NCBI GenBank assembly: GCA_036526255.1
Contig: DATCYW010000017.1
Span: forward strand, 8,675 to 72,674
Source: Malonomonas sp.
GTDB taxonomy: Bacteria; Desulfobacterota; Desulfuromonadia; Desulfuromonadales; Geopsychrobacteraceae
Length of the DNA: 64,000 bases
Reading direction: 5' to 3'
Positions 57,323 through 64,000 of the stretch are shown here, piece by piece. Below the pieces are notes generated by a model. It saw only the letters and a program-made list of their open reading frames with translations. It was not told where the DNA came from and did no database searches. Made by a program: the position numbers and the translations under genes. Position 1 is the stretch's first letter. Each line of letters opens with the position of its first letter.

Positions 57323-58453
57323 TCAGGAGCGTTCGTCGCGGGAGACGAAGACGCGGTTACCTGGAGTGAAGGTTTTGCGGTACTGGCGGATTTCCATAAT
57401 GACGATGTTGATGATGCTGGCAATCGGCACGCCGATAATCATCCCCAGCACGCCGTACAGTTTTCCGCCCATGACGATTGCCAGTATCACCAGCAGCGGA
57501 TGCAGATTGGAAACGCGAGAAATCAGAATCGGGATGAGGATGAAATTGTCCAGGATGATCTGTGCGATCAACAGGTAGACACAGAGAATCCACCAGAACT
57601 GACCGCCCATGCCCAGATCGACCAGGGCGATCACCAGCCCCGGAATCATGCCGACGATCGGACCGATGTAGGGAACCAGATTGGTCACCCCGGCGATGAT
57701 GCCGAGAATCGGTGCGTAGCGGATGTCGGTCAGCGACAAGCCCATCCAGACGACGATACCGATAATCAGCGCTTCGAGAATCCGGCCACGGATAAAGTGC
57801 GACAGCTGCCAGCTGATGTGATCGTAGATGTCGAGCACCATTTCGAAGTAACGGTTCGGTGTCAGCGAAATCAGGCCACGCATCAGCCTGCGGCTGTCAC
57901 GTAGAAAGAAGAACGAAAACAGCGGCACCAGCAGCACCAGGCTGCCGATACGCATCGCCGATTTCGGCGTCTGCGCGAGAACCAGGCCGAAAAACTCCTC
58001 GGTTGTACTGCGCAGTTTTTCGGTCAGATCGTAACTCTTGATGAACGGGAAGTGGGTCTGGACTGTGCTCAGCTGCAGGTTGAAATAGTCGACAGCGCGG
58101 TCGAAATAGCGGGGAAAGTCGGCTTTGAGCGCCTGCATCATCCCTTTCCAGTTGGGCGGGCCGATCAGCATCAGCAGCGACAATGCCAGCAGAAAGACGA
58201 GCGTATAGACGATAAAGATACTGGTGGTGCGGCTGATCTTCTCACGTTCGAAAAACTGCACCAGCGGATCGAGCAGAAAGGCCGCGATCAGTGAAATCAG
58301 AATTGGCAGAAACAGCCCGTCGGTCGCGGTGCGCAGCATGTCGGTAATGGTCGAGGCCGAGGAGAAGATAGCGATCCCCGAGGCGATCGCCGCAGTCAGG
58401 ACCAGGTAGAGCAGGCCGACCTGGGCGCGGCTGAAGCCGCTGTGCTCGGTCAT
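57323..58453 (-). CDS. AI-2E (UPF0118/PerM) family transporter
   Basis: 'LDPLVQFFER', 'FFFLRD', 'NLVPYIGP', 'LHPLLVILAIVMGGKLYGVLGMIIGVP'. Confidence 0.93.
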   Translation of the reverse strand: MTEHSGFSRAQVGLLYLVLTAAIASGIAIFSSASTITDMLRTATDGLFLPILISLIAAFLLDPLVQFFEREKISRTTSIFIVYTLVFLLALSLLMLIGPPNWKGMMQALKADFPRYFDRAVDYFNLQLSTVQTHFPFIKSYDLTEKLRSTTEEFFGLVLAQTPKSAMRIGSLVLLVPLFSFFFLRDSRRLMRGLISLTPNRYFEMVLDIYDHISWQLSHFIRGRILEALIIGIVVWMGLSLTDIRYAPILGIIAGVTNLVPYIGPIVGMIPGLVIALVDLGMGGQFWWILCVYLLIAQIILDNFILIPILISRVSNLHPLLVILAIVMGGKLYGVLGMIIGVPIASIINIVIMEIRQYRKTFTPGNRVFVSRDERS

Positions 58454-58971
58454 GACTGGGGTTCTTTGCTGCCGAGCTGCTGTTGCAGGTCGAGCAGTTG
58501 CAGATTGCTGCGATGCAGTCGATCGCTGATCACCCGGGTCAGCCCCAGCAGGATTTTTGCTGAAATCGCCGGATGTTTGCGCACCGCTTCTAGCATGTCG
58601 GCGCGGAACAGCCCGATCAGGATGGTCGGTTCGGTGGTGCGGGCCGAGGCGATCCGTGGCCGTGAAGCGGTCAGCGCCACTTCACCGAAGAAGTCTCCCG
58701 GTTCAAGCAGTGCCTGATCGATCTCTTTACCCTGCGCGTTGCGGGTGTAAATCCGTACCTGCCCCGAGCGGATCGCGTACATGCCCGAGCCGATATCGCC
58801 ATCTTCAAAGACAATTTCATTGGCCTGATAGCTGCGCTCGTGAACGATGGTCTCGAGAAACTTGAGATCCTTGGCGTTCAGTTTGCTGAAAATCGGGACG
58901 CTGCCGAGAAAATAGGCCAGGGTGTCTTCGTGGCCACGGCCGCGGAAAATGTTGTTCCAGAATGGATTCAC
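58450..58971 (-). CDS. Stand-alone cyclic nucleotide-binding domain protein
   Basis: 'IVFEDGDIGSGMYAIRSGQV', phosphate-binding cassette 'FFGEVAL...RPRIASA'; no HTH; ATGA overlap with the transporter. Confidence 0.9.
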   Translation of the reverse strand: MNPFWNNIFRGRGHEDTLAYFLGSVPIFSKLNAKDLKFLETIVHERSYQANEIVFEDGDIGSGMYAIRSGQVRIYTRNAQGKEIDQALLEPGDFFGEVALTASRPRIASARTTEPTILIGLFRADMLEAVRKHPAISAKILLGLTRVISDRLHRSNLQLLDLQQQLGSKEPQS

Positions 58972-59125
58972 GACTTTCCTTCTTTGGATTTGTTGAAATC
59001 ACGCATTATGGTGCTGCAAAGGCATCATTATACCGATATGTTAGCCAACTGCCAGACAAAAACTGCCGAACGGCCAAGCGTCAGCCTTAACCCTTTCTTC
59101 GCTCAAGCATATCCTTTATCCTGCA

Positions 59126-60958
59126 ATGATGATGACGATCGACCTGAGCAAATATCCGTTGTCGCCGGGGGTCTACCAGATGCTCGGCAGCGACGATGAG
59201 ATTCTTTACGTTGGCAAGGCCAAGCAGCTGCGCAACCGTCTGCGCAGCTATTTCTCCGCCGCCGGCGACGGTCGCGCTCAGATTCCCCTGCTGATGGAAA
59301 AGGTGCAGCGGGTCGAGGTGATCGTCACCGACACCGAGAAAGAGGCGCTGCTGCTGGAAAACACCCTGATCAAGCAGCACCGGCCGCGCTACAACATTGA
59401 GCTGCGTGACGATAAAACCTATGTCTCGGTGCGCATCGACCTGCAGGAAGAGTTCCCCGCGCTGCAGGTGGTGCGGCAGGTGAAGAACGATGGCGCCAGC
59501 TATTTCGGTCCCTATTCCTCGGCCGGCGCAATCCGCCAGACGCTGAAAGAGATCTACCGGATTTTCCCCCTGCGTCATTCCTCAATCGAACGCTGCAGCA
59601 AGCGCGGCCGTCCCTGCCTGTTCTATCAGATCGGTCAATGCAGCGCCCCCTGTCACGGGAAAATTGGTCGGGACGCCTATCGGTTGCTGGTCAACGGCGT
59701 GATCGACCTGCTCGAAGGCCGCGAATCGCAGGTCATCGGCCGGTTGCAGCAGCAGATGCTGGTTGCCTCAAACGAGATGCGCTTTGAGGATGCGGCCCGG
59801 TTGCGCAATCAGATCCGCTCGATAGAAAAGAGTGTCGAAAAGCAGCGGGTCACCGAGTACGGCGGCGGTAATCAGGATGTGATCGGTCTGCATCAGGATG
59901 GCGGCGAGGTTGAGGTGGCGCTGCTGTTTATCCGCCAGGGAACCTTGATCGGTCGTCGCACCTATCCGCTGCACTGGACCCTCGATCTGCCGGAGCTGCT
60001 CTCCGGCTTTCTTCGGGAATACTACAGTCGCGAGGTCATCCTGCCAGATCAGCTGCTGCTCCCTTTCGAGTTGGATGATGCCGATCTGCTCGGCGAATGG
60101 CTGAGTGAAAAACGCGGCAAAAAGCTCAGCCTGCTGGCACCGCAGCGCGGCGAGAAGAAGCGCCTCTGCCAGCTGGCACAGCGTAACGCGCTGGAGGCGT
60201 TCAAGCAGCGCGGCAGCCGTCGCGATGCGCGGGCGTCGTTACTCGAAGAGCTGCAGCAGAAATTTCACCTGCCGCAGCTGCCGCAGCGGATCGAGTGTTT
60301 TGATATTTCCAATGTGCAGGGCACGCACGCGGTCGGTAGCATGGCGGTGCTGGTCGATGCGGAACCGGCGGCCGCCGAATACCGGCGCTTTAAAATCAAA
60401 ACCGTCGAAGGGGCGGACGATTACGCTTCACTGACCGAAGTGCTGCGGCGGCGACTGCAACGTGGGTTGGAAGAAGAGAAGCTGCCGCAGATGATCCTGA
60501 TCGATGGCGGCAAAGGGCAACTCGGCGTACTGAGCGCGGTGCTGGCAGAGTTTCAGCTGCAAGGGCAGATCGGCGCGGTCGGCATCGCCAAAAGTCGGGT
60601 GATCGCCAATGTGCGCGGCAAGGCGGTGGAGCGCAGCGAAGAGCGGTTCTTTCTGCCCGAGCGCAAGAACCCGGTCAGCTTCCGCAGTGGTTCGGCGACC
60701 CTGTTTCTGCTCGAACGCTTACGCGACGAGGCGCACCGTTTCGCCATCACCTACCACCGTAAACTGCGCAGCAAAGCCAGCCTGCGCTCCTCGCTGGAAG
60801 AGATCCCCGGCGTCGGCCCGGAGCGCCGCAAGGCGCTGCTCAAACATTTCGGTAGTCTCAAGCAGATCCGCGCCGCCAGTCTCGAAGAGTTGCAGAAGCT
60901 GCCGGGAATGCCGGTCAGTCTGGCGGAGGTCATCTATCAACGGCTGCAGGGCCGCTGA
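59126..60958 (+). CDS. uvrC: Excinuclease ABC subunit C
   Basis: GIY-YIG 'PGVYQM...YVGKAKQLRNR', 'ECFDISN', 'IDGGKGQL', 'RDEAHRFA', HhH 'IPGVG'; start may be 59129 or 59132. Confidence 0.97.
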   Translation: MMMTIDLSKYPLSPGVYQMLGSDDEILYVGKAKQLRNRLRSYFSAAGDGRAQIPLLMEKVQRVEVIVTDTEKEALLLENTLIKQHRPRYNIELRDDKTYVSVRIDLQEEFPALQVVRQVKNDGASYFGPYSSAGAIRQTLKEIYRIFPLRHSSIERCSKRGRPCLFYQIGQCSAPCHGKIGRDAYRLLVNGVIDLLEGRESQVIGRLQQQMLVASNEMRFEDAARLRNQIRSIEKSVEKQRVTEYGGGNQDVIGLHQDGGEVEVALLFIRQGTLIGRRTYPLHWTLDLPELLSGFLREYYSREVILPDQLLLPFELDDADLLGEWLSEKRGKKLSLLAPQRGEKKRLCQLAQRNALEAFKQRGSRRDARASLLEELQQKFHLPQLPQRIECFDISNVQGTHAVGSMAVLVDAEPAAAEYRRFKIKTVEGADDYASLTEVLRRRLQRGLEEEKLPQMILIDGGKGQLGVLSAVLAEFQLQGQIGAVGIAKSRVIANVRGKAVERSEERFFLPERKNPVSFRSGSATLFLLERLRDEAHRFAITYHRKLRSKASLRSSLEEIPGVGPERRKALLKHFGSLKQIRAASLEELQKLPGMPVSLAEVIYQRLQGR

Positions 60959-60978
60959 TGCCGCCAGGCGGGCAATCC

Positions 60979-61623
60979 TCAATAACCCAGATTCTCACCG
61001 ACCAGTTTGACATGGATACGCCCTTTGACCGCGTGTCCTTCGATGATCCCCCACATGTTGCAGATCCGCTGCGGTGAATTGCAGTCTGAACAGAGGCCGG
61101 TGGCTACGCAGGGCGTCTTCAGTCCCAGTCGAGTGGTGTTGATCGGCGCCGCCTGGTGCCTGACGCGGGCCATGGCGGAGTCCAGATCTGCGCTTACCTT
61201 GTTCATTCCCACCACCAGAATCACTTTTTCGGGACCGTACAGCATGGCGGCGACCCGGTTGCCACGGCCATCCAGATTGACCAGCTTGCCATCCAGAGTG
61301 ATGGCGTTGCTGCTGGCGATCATCACATCCGCCAGCAACCCCTCGCGGCGGGCGGCCAGATTTTCTTCCGGAGAGACCCCGCTGCGATAGGGATCGATCA
61401 GTTTCACTCCCTGGATTTGTTCGATGTCCGGCCAGAGATCCAGTTCGACGGTCGTCATCGAGCCGCCGCGGTAGACTTTGGCGCCAGTCGGGACCATGGC
61501 CAGCACCTCCTGCTTCGCCTGCTCTGCTGTTGCGGCGTAGCTCCCCTGCATATTCCGTTTCTGCAGGTTGGCAATAATCTGCTGCGCCACTTTTTCGTTC
61601 CAGTTCAGCTGATGTTGATCCAT
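60979..61623 (-). CDS. LUD-domain (LutC/YkgG-like) lactate utilization protein
   Basis: 'RGGSMT', 'SSNAITLDGKLVNLDGRGNRVAA', 'VVGMNK', 'PCVATGLCSDC...RIC'. Confidence 0.88.
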   Translation of the reverse strand: MDQHQLNWNEKVAQQIIANLQKRNMQGSYAATAEQAKQEVLAMVPTGAKVYRGGSMTTVELDLWPDIEQIQGVKLIDPYRSGVSPEENLAARREGLLADVMIASSNAITLDGKLVNLDGRGNRVAAMLYGPEKVILVVGMNKVSADLDSAMARVRHQAAPINTTRLGLKTPCVATGLCSDCNSPQRICNMWGIIEGHAVKGRIHVKLVGENLGY

Positions 61624-61732
61624 CGCAGTCTCCTTTTATGCCATGTTGAGCAATGATGGGCTGTGCCGATTTTCTGCTGGCACCGGCCGATAGTAGCAAA
61701 CTGTGCAGCAGAAGTCTTTAGGCGCAGAACGC

Positions 61733-61768
61733 ACGACGCCCCGGCCTGATGACAGGTCGGGGCGTCGT
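61733..61768. terminator. GC-rich hairpin after the MCP gene
   Basis: ACGACGCCCCGGCCTG-ATGA-CAGGTCGGGGCGTCGT; weak U-tail in the gene's direction. Confidence 0.6.
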
Positions 61769-61791
61769 TTGCTAAGCATTTTTCTGCGCAC

Positions 61792-63621
61792 TCAGAACTT
61801 TCCGAACTCGCTGTCATCCAGGGCGATGACCTGCTTTGCAGCGCTTCTCTGCGGTTGTGCCGTCTGTCCCCAGCCCTGGCTCAGCTTTGGCTGTGGTCTG
61901 GGACGCTGGGGCTGTCTGGATGGCCGCTCGGCTTGTTGGAATGCCGCCTGCGACCGTCCGCCTTTAAGTTGGAAACGCCGCAGCATCTGCTGCAGTTGGC
62001 TGGCCTGATCGGCCAGTTGCTCGGCTGACGCGGCGCTCTCTTCGGCGCAGGCGGTGTTCTGCTGCGTCACCTGATCGATCTGACCGACTCCTTGGGAGAC
62101 CTGCGAAATCCCCTGCGACTGCTCTTCCGACGCGGCGGCAATCTCTCCGGCCAGATCGGAAACCTTGGTGACGCCGAGCAGAATCTCTTTCAGCGAGTCA
62201 GCGGTCTGTTTCGCGATGGTGGCGCCGTTGGAGGTCTTTTGTACTGACCCTTCGATCAGCTCGGCGGTTTCCTGGGCTGCCTTGGCGCTGCGCGCCGCGA
62301 GGTTGCGCACCTCTTCAGCGACGACGGCAAAGCCTTTACCGTGCTGACCGGCGCGGGCGGCTTCGACCGCGGCATTGAGCGCCAGCAGGTTTGTCTGAAA
62401 GGCGATCTCGTCGATCACTTTGATGATCTTGCTGATGTTCTGTCCGGCGAGGTTGATTTCATCCATGGCGCCGACCATCCGCTGCATCTGGTTGTTCCCC
62501 TGATCGGCGGCCTGCTTGGCATCGCTGGAAAGTTGGTTGACCATGCTGGCGTTTTCAGAGTTCTGACGGGTCTGCGATGCCAGTTCAGCCAGCGAGCTGC
62601 TGATCTCTTCAAGTGACGCCGCCGACTCGGTCGCGCCAGATGAAAGGGTCTGCGCCGAATCGTTGACCTGATTGCTGCCGCCGGCGATGTTTTCACCGGC
62701 CAGCTGAATCTCCTGCATGGTCGCATTGAGATCGATCTCCAGTTTTTTCAGCGCCCCGCGGATTTCATCCTCCGCATCGTAGGGGGTGATTTCGAAATTG
62801 AGATCGCCGCTGGCGAGCTTTTTCAGCGCGACGATGATCTCTTTCTGCAGGCTGTCGGCAAAACTATCCATGGCGCGGGCCATGCGGCCGACTTCGTCGT
62901 TCTGGTTCATGTCCATGCGCAGCTGCAGGTGCCCTTTTGCCATCTCTTCGACCATCAGCACCGCCTTGTGCATCGGTCGTGAAACCCCGCGGGCGAGAAA
63001 GAACACCAGTCCGATGGAGATCAGGATGGCCAGCAGCAGCACGCCGATGACTTGGTAGAAAACTGTGTTTATTTCTGCTTGCAGATCATCGACATACATG
63101 CCGCTGCCGATGATCCAGTTCCAGTCAGAGTGTTTCTTGACGTAAGAGAGCTTCTGCTGCGGTTTCTCTTTACCCGGCTTCGGCCACTTGTACTCAACGA
63201 AACCGGCCCCCTTGGCGTTGGCAACATTGACCATTTCAACGAATAGCCGCAAGCCGTCCGGGTCCTTGGATTCAGAGAGATTCTGGCCGTCGAGGGCCGG
63301 CTTGACCGGGTGCATGATCATCTTCGGCTGGGTGTCATTGATCCAGAAGTAGATGTCCCCTTCAAAGCGCAGGTTTTTGACGGCAGCTTTGGCCAGTTGC
63401 TGTGCCTCGTCGATCGGCATCCCCGCTTCGGCGGCCTTGCTGAAATGATCGATGATCCCCCAGGCGGTATCGACTGCGGTGATCAGCTGGTTCTGGCGAC
63501 CGGCGAAAAGCTGGTCACGGTAGCTGCTGTACAGCCAGCTGAGGCTGAGAGTGAAGATCAGGATCAGGGCCATGGCAACCAGATAGATCTTTTTGCCGAT
63601 GTTGAGGTTTTTGATGCTCAT
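61792..63621 (-). CDS. Methyl-accepting chemotaxis protein with single Cache (sCache_2) sensor
   Basis: TM-'[15 protein letters not shown]...DPDG...FVEYKWPKP'-TM-HAMP; hairpin tip '[20 protein letters not shown]'; C-terminal pentapeptide EFGKF. Confidence 0.96.
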   Translation of the reverse strand: MSIKNLNIGKKIYLVAMALILIFTLSLSWLYSSYRDQLFAGRQNQLITAVDTAWGIIDHFSKAAEAGMPIDEAQQLAKAAVKNLRFEGDIYFWINDTQPKMIMHPVKPALDGQNLSESKDPDGLRLFVEMVNVANAKGAGFVEYKWPKPGKEKPQQKLSYVKKHSDWNWIIGSGMYVDDLQAEINTVFYQVIGVLLLAILISIGLVFFLARGVSRPMHKAVLMVEEMAKGHLQLRMDMNQNDEVGRMARAMDSFADSLQKEIIVALKKLASGDLNFEITPYDAEDEIRGALKKLEIDLNATMQEIQLAGENIAGGSNQVNDSAQTLSSGATESAASLEEISSSLAELASQTRQNSENASMVNQLSSDAKQAADQGNNQMQRMVGAMDEINLAGQNISKIIKVIDEIAFQTNLLALNAAVEAARAGQHGKGFAVVAEEVRNLAARSAKAAQETAELIEGSVQKTSNGATIAKQTADSLKEILLGVTKVSDLAGEIAAASEEQSQGISQVSQGVGQIDQVTQQNTACAEESAASAEQLADQASQLQQMLRRFQLKGGRSQAAFQQAERPSRQPQRPRPQPKLSQGWGQTAQPQRSAAKQVIALDDSEFGKF

Positions 63622-63630
63622 GTTGAACTC

Positions 63631-64000
63631 CTAGGAAACCAGGCCGGGTACGCCCGGCGAGGGTGCGAAAATGCTTCGCAGATAACTGTGCGTCACAGCG
63701 CTGTGGCACTGCTGGATCATTGTTTTAAGGTGCGGGTGGCAGTTGATCTTTGCCAGTGGGATTCTGCCGTTACGCTGCAGCAGGACAATCGGCAGCATGG
63801 CGTTGCGCTGCTCCAGTTCGTTGAGCAGCTGCAGGATCGGCTGGTTGCTGTCGGCCTCGGCAATCAGCAGCAGCTGCATCGGTTGCGAACTGTTCTGCCT
63901 CTGTACCAGATAGTTGAAGGCTTCAATATCGTCGTCGATCTGCACCGTCTCAAAGTTCGACAGCCGCAGCAGAAAGCTGAGGTTGACGACCCTCTCCGGA
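63631..64000 (-). CDS. Partial protein (5' end outside window), degenerate receiver-like fold
   Basis: Frame stays open beyond the track start to the edge: ...PERVVNLSFLLRLSNFETVQIDDDIEAFNYL...LLLIAE...PIVLL; stop 9 nt before the MCP start. Confidence 0.6.
   Translation of the reverse strand, partial: PERVVNLSFLLRLSNFETVQIDDDIEAFNYLVQRQNSSQPMQLLLIAEADSNQPILQLLNELEQRNAMLPIVLLQRNGRIPLAKINCHPHLKTMIQQCHSAVTHSYLRSIFAPSPGVPGLVS

Noticed and set aside
61636-61670. Possible sigma54 promoter for the LUD gene (CGGCAC...TTGC on the minus strand)
   Set aside because: GG-to-GC spacing is 14 nt rather than the required 10.

Overview
A GC-rich (roughly 58-60%, estimated by eye) bacterial chromosomal segment made mostly of core genes. 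Gene content and synteny (rpoD-tRNA-Ile-nif3-zinc ribbon-rnpB; sucA-sucB-lpdA next to lipA; an MPG/PMM-GH57-galT-glgA cluster; DUF3365 heme sensor; c-type cytochrome) point by inference to Desulfuromonadia/Geobacter relatives (former Deltaproteobacteria). It contains about 60 CDSs, tRNA-Ile2(CAT) and RNase P RNA. I found no rRNA, CRISPR array, IS element, integrase or prophage. Top leads: (1) a 1547-aa GH13 alpha-amylase-family/glycogen synthase GlgA fusion that keeps a strong in-frame Shine-Dalgarno and ATG for GlgA after an AT-rich linker, in an alpha-glucan operon with no glgC and a phosphomutase domain lacking its catalytic motifs; (2) a structured RNA with GNRA-capped hairpins and a terminator between tRNA-Ile2 and nif3; (3) a kinase-less four-gene module (PilH-like receiver, PATAN/DUF4388-like protein, heme-DUF3365/HAMP protein with no output domain, monoheme cytochrome c); (4) a Cys-cluster/LOG/circularly permuted ATP-grasp trio; (5) a degenerate pyruvoyl arginine decarboxylase heading speE-speA; (6) a GGDEF protein ending exactly at the EAL linker; (7) a candidate sRNA and a candidate leaderless 41-aa protein. 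All family calls come from motif recognition by eye; no database search was run.
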